A stretch of DNA of 64,000 bases from Eledone cirrhosa. Lineage: Eukaryota. The notes beneath the pieces were generated by a model, which saw only the letters and a list, made by a program, of their open reading frames with translations, was not told where the DNA came from and ran no database searches. Shown here in pieces: positions 12,351 through 27,200 of the stretch. The stretch covers positions 164,548,001 through 164,612,000 of the forward strand of contig OZ024742.1 in assembly GCA_964016885.1 (NCBI GenBank), in the 5' to 3' direction. A program made the translations under genes and the position numbers. The first letter of the stretch is position 1; every line of letters begins with the position of its first letter.

Positions 12351-15300
12351 CCCTTGGCTGGCGGGAAATTATCTCCCCTTGGACGGCTGAAAATTATCTC
12401 TCCTTGGACGGCTGGAAATTATCTCCCCTTGATTTTTTTTACAAATTATCTCCCCCTGATTATTTTTTACAAATTATCTCCCCCTAATTTTTTTTTACAA
12501 ATTATCTCCCCCTGATTTTTTTTACAAATTATCTCCCCCTGATTTTTTTACAAATTATCTCCCCTTGGCTGGCTGGAAATTATCTCCCCTTGGAGGCTGG
12601 AATTTATCTCCCCTTGGACGGTTAGAAATTACCTCTCCTTGGACGGCTGGAAAATATGTCTCCTTGGACGGCTGGAAATTATCGCCCCTTGGACGGCTGG
12701 AAATTATCTCCCCTTGGACGGCTGGAAATTATCTCTCCTCGGACGGCTAGAAATTACCTCTCCTTGGACAGCTGAAAATTATCTCCCCTTGGACGGCTGG
12801 AAATTATCTCCCCTTGATTTTTTTTACAAATTATCTCCCCCTGATTTTTTTTTACAAATTATCTCCCCCTGATTTTTTTTTACAAATTATCTCCCCCTGA
12901 TTTTTTTTTACAAATTATCTCCCCCTGATATTTTTTACAAATTATCTCCCCCTGATTTTTTTACAAATTATCTCCCCTTGGCTGGCTGGAAATTATCTCC
13001 CCTTGGAGGCTGGAATTTATCTCCCCTTAGACGGCTAGAAATTACCTCGCCTTGGACGGCCGGAAAATATGTCTCCTTGGACGGCTGGAAATTATCTCCC
13101 CTTGGACGGCTGGAAATTATCTCCCCTTGGACGGCTGGAAATTATCTCCCCTTGGACGGCTAGATATTACCTCCCCTTGGACGGCTGGAAATTATCTCCC
13201 CTTGATTTTTTTTACAAATTATCTCCCCCTGATTTTTTTTTACAAATTATCTCCCCCAGATTTTTTTTTACGAATTATCTCCCCCCGATTTTTTTTTACA
13301 AATTATCTCCGCCTGATTTTTTTAAAAAAATTATCTCCCCTTGAACGGCTGGAAATTATCTCCCCTTGGACGGCTGGAAATTATCTCCCCTTGGACGGCT
13401 AGAAATTACCTCTCCTTGGACGGCTGAAAATTATCTCCCCTTGGACGGCTGCAAATTATCTCCCCTTGATTTTTTAACAAATTATCTCCCCCTGATTTTT
13501 TTTTACAAATTATCTCCCCCTGATTTTTTTTTACAAATTATCTCCCCCTGATTTTTTTACAAATTATCTCCCCCTGATTTTTTTTACAATCTCCGCCTGA
13601 TTTTTTTAAAAATTATCTTCCCTTGGCTGGCGGGAAATTATCTCCCCTTGGACGGCTGGAAATTATATCCCCTTGGAAGGATGGAAATTATCTCCCCTTG
13701 GACGGCTGGAAATTATCTCCCCTTGGACGGCTGGAAATTATCTCCCCTTGGACAGCTGGAAATTATCTGCCCTTGATTTTGTTTTTACAAATTATCTCCC
13801 CCTGATTTTTTTTACAAATTATCTCCACCTGATTTTTTAAAAAATTATCTCCCCTTGGACGGCTGGAAATTATCTCCCCTTGATTTTTTTACAAATTATC
13901 TCCCCCTGATTTTTTTTACAAATTATCTCCCCCTGATTTTTTGTTACAAATTATCTCCCCCTGATTTTTTTAAAAATTATCTCCCCCTGATTTTTTTTAC
14001 AAATTATCTCCGCCTGATTTTTTTAAATATTATCTTCCCTTGGCTGGCGGGAAATTATCTCCCCTTGGACGGCTTAAAATTATCTCCCCTTGGACGGCTG
14101 GAAATTATCTCCCCTTGATTTTTTTACAAATTATCTCCCCCTGATTTTTTTTTACAAATTATCTCCCCCTGATTTTTTTTACAAATTATCTCCCCCTGAT
14201 TTTTTTTTACAAATTATCTCCCCCTGATTTTTTTTTACAAATTATCTCCCCCTGATTTTTTTACAAATTATCTCCCCTTGGCTAGCTGGAAATTATCTCC
14301 CCTTGGAGGCTGGAATTTATCTCCCCTTGGACGGCTAGAAATTACCTCTCCTTGGACGGCTGGAAAATATGTCTCCTTGGACGGCTGGATATTATCTACC
14401 CTTGGACGGCTGGAAATTATCTCCCCTTGGACGGCTGGAAATTATCTCCCCTTGGACGGCTAGATATTACCTCCCCTTGGACGGCTGGAAATTATCTCCC
14501 CTTGATTTTTTTTACAAATTATCTCCCCCTGATTTTTTTTTACGAATTATCTCCCCCTGATTTTTTTTTACAAATTATCTCCGCCTGATTTTTTTTTTAA
14601 ATTATCTCCCCTTGAACGGCTGGAAATTATCTCCCCTTGGACGGCTGGAAATTATCTCCCCTTGGACGGCTAGAAATTACCTCTCCTTGGACGGCTGAAA
14701 ATTATCTCCCCTTGGACGGCTGCAAATTATCTCCCCTTGATTTTTTTAACAAATTATCTTCCCCTGATTTTTTTTTACAAATTATCTCCCCCTGATTTTT
14801 TTTTACAAATTATCTACGCCTAATTTTTTTTACAAATTATCTCCCCCTGATTTTTTTTTACAAATTATCTCCCCCTGATTTTTTTTACAAATTATCTCCC
14901 CCTGATTTTTTTTTACAAATTATCTCCCCCTGATTTTTTTACAAATTATCTCCCCCCTGAATTTTTTTACAATCTCCGCCTGATTTTTTTAAAAATTATC
15001 TTCCCTTGGCTGGCAGGAAATTATCTCCCCTTGGTCGGCTGGAAATTATATCCCCTTGGAAGGATGGAAATTATCTCCCCTTGGACGGCTGGAAATTATC
15101 TCCCCTTGGACGGCTGGAAATTACCTCCCCTTGGACAGCTGGAAATTATCTGCCCTTGATTTTGTTTTTACAAATTATCTCCCCCTGATTTTTTTTACAA
15201 ATTATCTCCACCTGATTTTTTAAAAAATTATCTCTCCTTGATTTTTTTACAAATTATCTCCCCCTGATTTTTTTTACAAATTATCTCCCCCTGATTTTTT

Positions 15301-17404
15301 TTTTACAAATTATCTCCCCCTGATTTTTTTACAAATTATCTCCCCCTGATTTTTTTTACAAATTATCTCCGCCTGATTTTTTTTACAAATTATCTCCCCT
15401 TGGCTGGCTGGAAATTATCTCCCCTTGGAGGCTGGAATTTATCTCCCCTTGGACGGCTAGAAATTACCTCTCCTTGGACGGCTGGAAAATATGTCCTTGG
15501 ACGGCTGGATATTATCTACCCTTGGACGGCTGGAAATTATCTCCCCTTGGACGGCTGGAAATTATCTCCCCTTGGAGGCTGGAATTTATCTCCCCTTGGA
15601 CGGCTAGAAATTACCTCTCCTTGGACGGCTGGAAAATATGTCCTTGGACGGCTGGATATTACCTCCCCTTGGACGGCTGGAAATTATCTCCCCTTGATTT
15701 TTTTTACAAATTATCTCCCCCTGATTTTTTTTACAAATCTAATGATTTTAAAAAAAAAATTATCTCCCCTTCCCTGGCTGGAAATTATCTCCCCTTCGCT
15801 GGCTGGAAATTATCTCCCCTTGGACGCTGGAAATTATAGCCCCTTGGAGGGCTGGAAATTATCTTCCCTTGGACGGCTGGAAATTATCTCCCCTTGGACA
15901 CTGGAAATTATAGCCCCTTGGAGGGCTGGAAATTATCTTCCCTTGGACGGCTGGAAATTATCTCTGCTTGATTTTTTTTACAAATTATCTCCCCCTGATT
16001 TTTTTTTACAAATTATCCCCCCCGATTTTTTTTACAAATTATCTCCCCCTGATTTTTTTTACAAATTATCTCCCCTTGGACGGCTGGAAATTATCTCCCC
16101 TTGGACGGCTGGAAATTATCTCCCCTTGGACGGCTAGAAATTACCTCTCCTTGGACGACTGAAAATTATCTCCCCTTGGACGGCTGCAAATTATCTCCCC
16201 TTGATTTTTTTTACAAATTATCTCCGCCTGATTTTTTTTTAAAAATTATCTCCCCTTGGACGGCTGGAAATTACCTCCCCTTGGACGGCTGGAAATTATC
16301 TCCCCTTGGACGGCTAGAAATTACCTCTCATTGGACGGCTGAAAATTATCTCCCCTTGGACGGCTGGAAATTATCTCCCCTTGATTTTTTTTACAAATTA
16401 TCTCCCCCTGATTTTTTTTTACAAATTATCTCCCCCTGATTTTTTTTTTACAAATTATCTCCGCCTGATTTTTTTTTAAAATTATCTCTCCTTGGACGGC
16501 TGGATATTATCTCCCCTTTCATTTTTTTTACAAATTATCTCCCCCTGATTTTTTTTTACAAATTATCTCCCCCTGATTTTTTTTTTACAAATTATCTACC
16601 CCTAATTTTTTTTTACAAATTATCTCCCCCTGATTTTTTTTACAAATTATCTCCCCCTGATTTTTTTTTTACAAATTATCTCCCCCTGATTTTTTTACAA
16701 ATTATCTCCCCCTGATTTTTTTTACAAATTATCTCCGCCTGATTTTTTTAAATATTATCTTCTCTTGGCTGGCGGGAAATTATCTCCCCTTGGACGGCTG
16801 AAAATTATCTCCCCTTGGACGGCTGGAAATTATCTCCCCTTGATTTTTTTTACAAATTATCTCCCCCTGATTTTTTTTTACAAATTATCTCCCCCTGATT
16901 TTTTTTACAAATTATCTCCCCCTGATTTTTTTTTACAAATTATCTCCCCCTGATTTTTTTTACAAATTATCTCCCCCTGATTTTTTTACAAATTATCTCC
17001 CCTTGGCTGGCTGGAAATTATCTCCCCTTGGAGGCTGGAATTTATCTCCCCTTGGACGGCTAGAAATTACCTCTCCTTGGACGGCTGGAAAATATGTCCT
17101 TGGACGGCTGGATATTATCTACCCTTGGACGGCTGGAAATTATCTCCCCTTGGACGGCTGGAAATTATCTCCCCTTGGACGGCTAGATATTACCTCCCCT
17201 TGGACGGCTGGAAATTATCTCCCCTTGATTTTTTTTACAAATTATCCCCCCCTGATTTTTTTTTACAAATTATCTCCCCCTGATTTTTTTTTACAAATTA
17301 TCTACCCCTGATTTTTTTTTACAAATTATCTCCCCCTAATTTTTTTTACAAATTATCTCTCCCTGATTTTTTTTTACAAATTATCTCCCCCTGATTTTTT
17401 TTTA

Positions 17405-20400
17405 CAAATTATCTACCCCTGATTTTTTTTTACAAATTATCTCCCCCTGATTTTTTTTACAAATTATCTCCCCCTGATTTTTTTACAAATTATCTCCCCC
17501 CGATTTTTTTTACAAATTATCTCCGCCTAATTTTTTTAAATATTATCTTCCCTTGGCTGGCGGGAAATTATCTCCCCTTGGACGGCTGAAAATTATCTCC
17601 CCTTGGACGGCTGGAAATTATCTCCCCTTGATTTTTTTACAAATTATCTCCCCCTGATTATTTTTTACAAATTATCTCCCCCTGATTTTTTTTTACAAAT
17701 TATCTCCCTCTGATTTTTTTTACAAATTATCTCCCCTTGGCTGGCTGGAAATTATCTCCCCTTGGAGGCTGGAATTTATCTCCACTTGGACGGTTAGAAA
17801 TTACCTCTCCTTGGACTGCTGGAAAATATGTCTCCTTGGACGGCTGGAAATTATCTCCCCTTGGACGGCTGGAAATTATCTCCCCTTGGACGGCTGGAAA
17901 TTATCTCTCCTCGGACGACTAGAAATTACCTCTCCTTGGACAGCTGAAAATTATCTCCCCTTGGACGGCTGGAAATTATCTCCCCTTGATTTTTTTTACA
18001 AATTATCTCCCCCCGATTTTTTTTTACAAATTATCTCCCCCTGATTTTTTTTTACAAATTATCTCCCCCTGATTTTTTTTACAAATTATCTCCCCCTGAT
18101 ATTTTTTACAAATTATCTCCCCCTGATTTTTTTACAAATTATCTCCCCTTGGCTGGCTGGAAATTATCTCCCCTTGGAGGCTGGAATTTATCTCCCCTTG
18201 GACGGCTAGAAATTACCTCGCCTTGGACGGCTGGAAAATATGTCTCCTTGGACGGCTGGAAATTATCTCCCCTTGGACGGCTGGAAATTATCTCCCCTTG
18301 GACGGCTGGAAATTATCTCCCCTTGGACGGCTAGATATTACCTCCCCTTGGACGGCTGGAAATTATCTCCCCTTGATTTTTTTTACAAATTATCTCCCCC
18401 TGATTTTTTTTTTAAATTATCTCCCCTTGAACGGCTGGAAATTATCTCCCCTTGGACGGCTGGAAATTATCTCCCCTTGGACGGCTAGAAATTACCTCTC
18501 CTTGGACGGCTGAAAATTATCTCCCCTTGGACGGCTGCAAATTATCTCCCCTTGATTTTTTAACAAATTATCTCCCCCTGATTTTTTTTTACAAATTATC
18601 TCCCCCTGATTTTTTTTTACAAATTATCTACGCCTAATTTTTTTTACAAATTATCTCCCCCTGATTTTTTTTTACAAATTATCTCCCCCTGATTTTTTTT
18701 ACAAATTATCTCCCCCTGATTTTTTTTTACAAATTATTTCCCCCTGATTTTTTTACAAATTATCTCCCCCCTGATTTTTTTTACAATCTCCGCCTGATTT
18801 TTTTAAAAATTATCTTGCCTTGGCTGGCGGGAAATTATCTCCCCTTGGACGGCTGGAAATTATATCCCCTTGGACGGCTGGAAATTACCTCCCCTTGGAC
18901 AGCTGGAAATTATCTGCCCTTGATTTTGTTTTTACAAATTATCTCCCCCTGATTTTTTTTACAAATTATCTCCACCTGATTTTTTAAAAAATTATCTCCC
19001 CTTGGACGGCTGGAAATTATCTCCCCTTGATTTTTTTACAAATTATCTCCCCCTGATTTTTTTTACAAATTATCTCCCCCTGATTTTTTTTTACAAATTA
19101 TCTGCCCCTGATTTTTTTACAAATTATCTCCCCCTGATTTTTTTTACAAATTATCTCCGCCTGATTTTTTTAAATATTATCTTCCCTTGGCTGGCGGGAA
19201 ATTATCTCCCCTTGGACGGCTGATAATTATCTCCCCTTGGCCGGCTGGAAATTATCTCCCCTTGATTTTTTTTACAAATTATCTCCCCCTGATTTTTTTT
19301 TACAAATTATCTCCCCCTGATTTTTTTTACAAATTATCTCCGCCTGATTTTTTTAAATATTATCTTCCCTTGGCTGGCTGGAAATTATCTCCCCTTGGAG
19401 GCTGGAATTTATCTCCCCTTGGACGGCTAGAAATTACCTCTCCTTGGACGGCTGGAAAATATTTCTCCTTGGACGGCTGGATATTATCTACCCTTGGACG
19501 GGTGGAAATTATCTCCCCTTGGACGGCTGGAAATTATCTCCCCTTGGACGGCTAGATATTACCTCCCCTTGGACGACTGGAAATTATCTCCCCTTGATTT
19601 TTTTTACAAATTATCTCCCCCTGATTTTTTTTTTACAAATTATCTCCCCCTGATTTTTTTACAAATTATCTCCCCCTGATTTTTTTTACAAATTATCTCC
19701 GCCTGATTTTTTTAAATATTATCTTCTCTTGGCTGGCGGGAAATTATCTCCCCTTGGACGGCTGAAAATTATCTCCCCTTGGACGGCTGGAAATTATCTC
19801 CCCTTGATTTTTTTTACAAATTATCTCCCCCTGATTTTTTTAAAAAAATTATCTCCCCCTGATTTTTTTTTACAAATTATCTCCCCCTGATTTTTTTTTA
19901 CAAATTATCTCCCCCTGATTTTTTTTACAAATTATCTCCCCCTGATTTTTTTACAAATTATCTCCCCTTGGCTGGCTGGAAATTATCTCCCCTTGGACAC
20001 TGTAAATTATAGCCCCTTGGAGGGCTGGAAATTATCTTACCTTGGACGGCTGGAAATTATCTCTGCTTGATTTTTTTTACAAATTATCTCCCCCTGATTT
20101 TTTTTTACAAATTATCCCCCCCGATTTTTTTTACAAATTATCTCCCCCTGATTTTTTTTACAAATTATCTCCCCTTGGACGGCTGGAAATTATCTCCCCT
20201 TGGACGGCTGGAAATTATCTCTCCTTGGACGGCTAGAAATTACCTCTCCTTGGACGACTGAAAATTATCTCCCCTTGGACGGCTGCAAATTATCTCCCCT
20301 TGATTTCTTTTACAAATTATCTCCGCCTGATTTTTTTTTAAAAATTATCTCCCCTTGGACGGCTGGAAATTACCTCCCCTTGGACGGCTGGAAATTATCT

Positions 20401-23400
20401 CCCCTTGGACGGCTAGAAATTACCTCTCATTGGACGGCTGAAAATTATCTCCCCTTGGACGGCTGGAAATTATCTCCCCTTGATTTTTTTTACAAATTAT
20501 CTCCCCCTGATTTTTTTTTACAAATTATCTACCCCTGATTTTTTTTTACAAATTATCTCCCCCTGATTTTTTTTACAAATTATCTCCCCCTGATTTTTTT
20601 ACAAATTATCTCCCCCCGATTTTTTTTACAAATTATCTCCGCCTAATTTTTTTAAATATTATCTTCCCTTGGCTGGCGGGAAATTATCTCCCCTTGGACG
20701 GCTGAAAATTATCTCCCCTTGGACGGCTGGAAATTATCTCCCCTTGATTTTTTTACAAATTATCTCCCCCTGATTATTTTTTACAAATTATCTCCCCCTG
20801 ATTTTTTTTTACAAATTATCTCCCTCTGATTTTTTTTACAAATTATCTCCCCTTGGCTGGCTGGAAATTATCTCCCCTTGGAGGCTGGAATTTATCTCCA
20901 CTTGGACGGTTAGAAATTACCTCTCCTTGGACTGCTGGAAAATATGTCTCCTTGGACGGCTGGAAATTATCTCCCCTTGGACGGCTGGAAATTATCTCCC
21001 CTTGGACGGCTGGAAATTATCTCTCCTCGGACGACTAGAAATTACCTCTCCTTGGACAGCTGAAAATTATCTCCCCTTGGACGGCTGGAAATTATCTCCC
21101 CTTGATTTTTTTTACAAATTATCTCCCCCCGATTTTTTTTTACAAATTATCTCCCCCTGATTTTTTTTTACAAATTATCTCCCCCTGATTTTTTTTACAA
21201 ATTATCTCCCCCTGATATTTTTTACAAATTATCTCCCCCTGATTTTTTTACAAATTATCTCCCCTTGGCTGGCTGGAAATTATCTCCCCTTGGAGGCTGG
21301 AATTTATCTCCCCTTGGACGGCTAGAAATTACCTCGCCTTGGACGGCTGGAAAATATGTCTCCTTGGACGGCTGGAAATTATCTCCCCTTGGACGGCTGG
21401 AAATTATCTCCCCTTGGACGGCTGGAAATTATCTCCCCTTGGACGGCTAGATATTACCTCCCCTTGGACGGCTGGAAATTATCTCCCCTTGATTTTTTTT
21501 ACAAATTATCTCCCCCTGATTTTTTTTTTAAATTATCTCCCCTTGAACGGCTGGAAATTATCTCCCCTTGGACGGCTGGAAATTATCTCCCCTTGGACGG
21601 CTAGAAATTACCTCTCCTTGGACGGCTGAAAATTATCTCCCCTTGGACGGCTGCAAATTATCTCCCCTTGATTTTTTAACAAATTATCTCCCCCTGATTT
21701 TTTTTTACAAATTATCTCCCCCTGATTTTTTTTTACAAATTATCTACGCCTAATTTTTTTTACAAATTATCTCCCCCTGATTTTTTTTTACAAATTATCT
21801 CCCCCTGATTTTTTTTACAAATTATCTCCCCCTGATTTTTTTTTACAAATTATTTCCCCCTGATTTTTTTACAAATTATCTCCCCCCTGATTTTTTTTAC
21901 AATCTCCGCCTGATTTTTTTAAAAATTATCTTGCCTTGGCTGGCGGGAAATTATCTCCCCTTGGACGGCTGGAAATTATATCCCCTTGGACGGCTGGAAA
22001 TTACCTCCCCTTGGACAGCTGGAAATTATCTGCCCTTGATTTTGTTTTTACAAATTATCTCCCCCTGATTTTTTTTACAAATTATCTCCACCTGATTTTT
22101 TAAAAAATTATCTCCCCTTGGACGGCTGGAAATTATCTCCCCTTGATTTTTTTACAAATTATCTCCCCCTGATTTTTTTTACAAATTATCTCCCCCTGAT
22201 TTTTTTTTACAAATTATCTGCCCCTGATTTTTTTACAAATTATCTCCCCCTGATTTTTTTTACAAATTATCTCCGCCTGATTTTTTTAAATATTATCTTC
22301 CCTTGGCTGGCGGGAAATTATCTCCCCTTGGACGGCTGATAATTATCTCCCCTTGGCCGGCTGGAAATTATCTCCCCTTGATTTTTTTTACAAATTATCT
22401 CCCCCTGATTTTTTTTTACAAATTATCTCCCCCTGATTTTTTTTACAAATTATCTCCGCCTGATTTTTTTAAATATTATCTTCCCTTGGCTGGCTGGAAA
22501 TTATCTCCCCTTGGAGGCTGGAATTTATCTCCCCTTGGACGGCTAGAAATTACCTCTCCTTGGACGGCTGGAAAATATTTCTCCTTGGACGGCTGGATAT
22601 TATCTACCCTTGGACGGGTGGAAATTATCTCCCCTTGGACGGCTGGAAATTATCTCCCCTTGGACGGCTAGATATTACCTCCCCTTGGACGACTGGAAAT
22701 TATCTCCCCTTGATTTTTTTTACAAATTATCTCCCCCTGATTTTTTTTTTACAAATTATCTCCCCCTGATTTTTTTACAAATTATCTCCCCCTGATTTTT
22801 TTTACAAATTATCTCCGCCTGATTTTTTTAAATATTATCTTCTCTTGGCTGGCGGGAAATTATCTCCCCTTGGACGGCTGAAAATTATCTCCCCTTGGAC
22901 GGCTGGAAATTATCTCCCCTTGATTTTTTTTACAAATTATCTCCCCCTGATTTTTTTTAAAAAATTATCTCCCCCTGATTTTTTTTTACAAATTATCTCC
23001 CCCTGATTTTTTTTTACAAATTATCTCCCCCTGATTTTTTTTACAAATTATCTCCCCCTGATTTTTTTACAAATTATCTCCCCTTGGCTGGCTGGAAATT
23101 ATCTCCCCTTGGACACTGTAAATTATAGCCCCTTGGAGGGCTGGAAATTATCTTACCTTGGACGGCTGGAAATTATCTCTGCTTGATTTTTTTTACAAAT
23201 TATCTCCCCCTGATTTTTTTTTACAAATTATCCCCCCCGATTTTTTTTACAAATTATCTCCCCCTGATTTTTTTTACAAATTATCTCCCCTTGGACGGCT
23301 GGAAATTATCTCCCCTTGGACGGCTGGAAATTATCTCTCCTTGGACGGCTAGAAATTACCTCTCCTTGGACGACTGAAAATTATCTCCCCTTGGACGGCT

Positions 23401-23630
23401 GCAAATTATCTCCCCTTGATTTCTTTTACAAATTATCTCCGCCTGATTTTTTTTTTAAAATTATCTCCCCTTGGACGGCTGGAAATTACCTCCCCTTGGA
23501 CGGCTGGAAATTATCTCCCCTTGGACGGCTAGAAATTACCTCTCATTGGACGGCTGAAAATTATCTCCCCTTGGACGGCTGGAAATTATCTCCCCTTGAT
23601 TTTTTTTACAAATTATCTCCCCCTGATTTT
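17405..23630 (+). repeat. Tandem duplication, unit 3116 bp x2
   Basis: ORF pairs 17737/20853, 18149/21265, 19187/22303, 20042/23158 and 20200/23316 all have offset 3116. Confidence 0.92.
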
Positions 23631-24284
23631 TTTTTTACAAATTATCTCCGCCTGATTTTTTTTTTAAATTATCTCTCCTTGGACGGCTGGATATTATCTC
23701 CCCTTTCATTTTTTTTACAAATTATCTCCCCCTGATTTTTTTTTACAAATTATCTCCCCCTGATTTTTTTTTACAAATTATCTACCCCTAATTTTTTTTT
23801 ACAAATTATCTCCCCCTGATTTTTTTTACAAATTATCTCCCCCTGATTTTTTTTTTACAAATTATCTCCCCCTGATTTTTTTACAAATTATCTCCCCCTG
23901 ATTTTTTTTACAAATTATCTCCGCCTGATTTTTTTAAATATTATCTTCTCTTGGCTGGCGGGAAATTATCTCCCCTTGGACGGCTGAAAATTATCTCCCC
24001 TTGGACGGCTGGAAATTATCTCCCCTTGATTTTTTTTACAAATTATCTCCCCCTGATTTTTTTTTACAAATTATCTCCCCCTGATTTTTTTTTACAAATT
24101 ATCTCCCCCTGATTTTTTTTTACAAATTATCTCCCCCTGATTTTTTTTACAAATTATCTCCCCCTGATTTTTTTACAAATTATCTCCCCTTGGCTGGCTG
24201 GAAATTATCTCCCCTTGGAGGCTGGAATTTATCTCCCCTTGGACGGCTAGAAATTACCTCTCCTTGGACGGCTGGAAAATATGT

Positions 24285-27200
24285 CCTTGGACGGCTGGAA
24301 ATTATCTCCCCTTGGACAGCTGGAAATTATCTGCCCTTGATTTTGTTTTTACAAATTATCTCCCCCTGATTTTTTTTACAAATTATCTCCACCTGATTTT
24401 TTAAAAAATTATCTCCCCTTGGACGGCTGGAAATTATCTCCCCTTGGCTGGAAATTATCTCCCCTTGGACGGCTAGAAATTATCTCTCTTTGGACGGCTG
24501 GAAATTATCTGCCTTTGATTTTTTTTACAAATTATCTCCCCCTGATTTTTTTTTACAAATTATCTCACCCTGATTTTTTTTACAAATTATCTCCCTCTGA
24601 TTTTTTTACAAATTATCTCCCCTTGGCTGGCTGGAAATTATCTCCCCTTGGAGGCTGGAATTTATCTCCCCTTGGACGGCTAGAAATTACCTCTCCTTGG
24701 ACGGCTGGAAAATATGTCTCCTTGGACGGCTGGATATTATCTACCCTTGGACGGCTGGAAATTATCTCCCCTTGGACGGCTGGAAATTATCTCCCCTTGG
24801 ACGGCTAGATATTACCTCCCCTTGGACGGCTGGAAATTATCTCCCCTTGATTTTTTTACAAATTATCTCCCCCTGATTTTTTTACAAATTATCTCCCCCT
24901 GATTTTTTTTACAAATTATCTCCGCCTAATTTTTTTAAATATTATCTTCCCTTGGCTGGCGGGAAATTATCTCCCCTTGGACGGCTGAAAATTATCTCCC
25001 CTTGGACGGCTGGAAATTATCTCCCCTTGATTTATTTTACAAATTATCTCCCCCTGATTTTTTTTTACAAATTATCTCCCCCTGATTTTTTTTACAAATT
25101 ATCTCCCCCTGATTTTTTTACAAATTATCTCCCCTTGGCTGGCTGGAAATTATCTCCCCTTGGAGGCTGGAATTTATCTCCCCTTGGACGGCTAGAAATT
25201 ACCTCTCCTTGGACGGCTGGAAAATATGTCCTTGGACGGCTGGATATTATCTACCCTTGGACGGCTGGAAATTATCTCCCCTTGGACGGCTGGAAATTAT
25301 CTCCCCTTGGACGGCTAGATATTACCTCCCCTTGGACGGCTGGAAATTATCTCCCCTTGATTTTTTTTACAAATTATCTCCCCCTGATTTTTTTTTACAA
25401 ATTATCTCCCCCTGATTTTTTTTTACAAATTATCTACCCCTGATTTTTTTTTACAAATTATCTCCCCCTGATTTTTTTTACAAATTATCTCCCCCTGATT
25501 TTTTTTTACAAATTATCTCCCCCTGATTTTTTTTTACAAATTATCTACCCCTGATTTTTTTTACAAATTATCTCCCCCTGATTTTTTTTACAAATTATCT
25601 CCCCCTGATTTTGTTTACAAATTATCTCCCCCTGATTTTTTTACAAATTATCTCCCCCTGATTTTTTTTACAAATTATCTCCGCCTAATTTTTTTAAATA
25701 TTATCTTCCCTTGGCTGGCGGGAAATTATCTCCCCTTGGACGGCTGAAAATTATCTCTCCTTGGACGGCTGGAAATTATCTCCCCTTGATTTTTTTTACA
25801 AATTATCTCCCCCTGATTATTTTTTACAAATTATCTCCCCCTGATTTTTTTTTACAAATTATCTCCCCCTGATTTTTTTTACAAATTATCTCCCCCTGAT
25901 TTTTTTACAAATTATCTCCCCTTGGCTGGCTGGAAATTATCTCCCCTTGGAGGCTGGAATTTATCTCCCCTTGGACGGTTAGAAATTACCTCTCCTTGGA
26001 CGGCTGGAAAATATGTCTCCTTGGACGGCTGGAAATTATCGCCCCTTGGACGGCTGGAAATTATCTCCCCTTGGACGGCTGGAAATTATCTCTCCTCGGA
26101 CGGCTAGAAATTACCTCTCCTTGGACAGCTGAAAATTATCTCCCCTTGGACGGCTGGAAATTATCTCCCCTTGATTTTTTTTACAAATTATCTCCCCCTG
26201 ATTTTTTTTTACAAATTATCTCCCCCTGATTTTTTTTTACAAATTATCTCCCCCTGATTTTTTTTTACAAATTATCTCCCCCTGATATTTTTTACAAATT
26301 ATCTCCCCCTGATTTTTTTACAAATTATCTCCCCTTGGCTGGCTGGAAATTATCTCCCCTTGGAGGCTGGAATTTATCTCCCCTTAGACGGCTAGAAATT
26401 ACCTCGCCTTGGACGGCTGGAAAATATGTCTCCTTGGACGGCTGGAAATTATCTCCCCTTGGACGGCTGGAAATTATCTCCCCTTGGACGGCTGGAAATT
26501 ATCTCCCCTTGGACGGCTAGATATTACCTCCCCTTGGACGGCTGGAAATTATCTCCCCTTGATTTTTTTTACAAATTATCTCCCCCTGATTTTTTTTTAC
26601 AAATTATCTCCCCCTGATTTTTTTTTACGAATTATCTCCCCCCGATTTTTTTTTACAAATTATCTCCGCCTGATTTTTTTAAAAAAATTATCTCCCCTTG
26701 AACGGCTGGAAATTATCTCCCCTTGGACGGCTGGAAATTATCTCCCCTTGGACGGCTAGAAATTACCTCTCCTTGGACGGCTGAAAATTATCTCCCCTTG
26801 GACGGCTGCAAATTATCTCCCCTTGATATTTAACAAATTATCTCCCCCTGATTTTTTTTTACAAATTATCTCCCCCTGATTTTTTTTTACAAATTATCTC
26901 CCCCTGATTTTTTTTTACAAATTATCTCCCCCTGATTTTTTTACAAATTATCTCCCCCTGATTTTTTTTACAATCTCCGCCTGATTTTTTTAAAAATTAT
27001 CTTCCCTTGGCTGGCGGGCAATTATCTCCCCTTGGACGGCTGGAAATTATATCCCCTTGGAAGGATGGAAATTATCTCCCCTTGGACGGCTGGAAATTAT
27101 CTCCCCTTGGACGGCTGGAAATTATCTCCCCTTGGACAGCTGGAAATTATCTGCCCTTGATTTTGTTTTTACAAATTATCTCCCCCTGATTTTTTTTACA

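Larger units (their letters stand above)
10928..24284 (+). repeat. HOR copy 1 (13,357 bp): ~10.44 kb base unit plus an internal 3116-bp duplication, minus ~200 bp
   Basis: ORF pairs 11062/24419, 11595/24952 and 12565/25922 (offset 13357), 13623/27007 (13384), 17737/31296 (13559). Confidence 0.85.

Noticed and set aside
15741-15762. A10 tract as a retroelement poly(A) tail or terminator hairpin
   Set aside because: There is no element body or target-site duplication. It is simply a variant of the TTTTTAAAAA ends seen in other B monomers.
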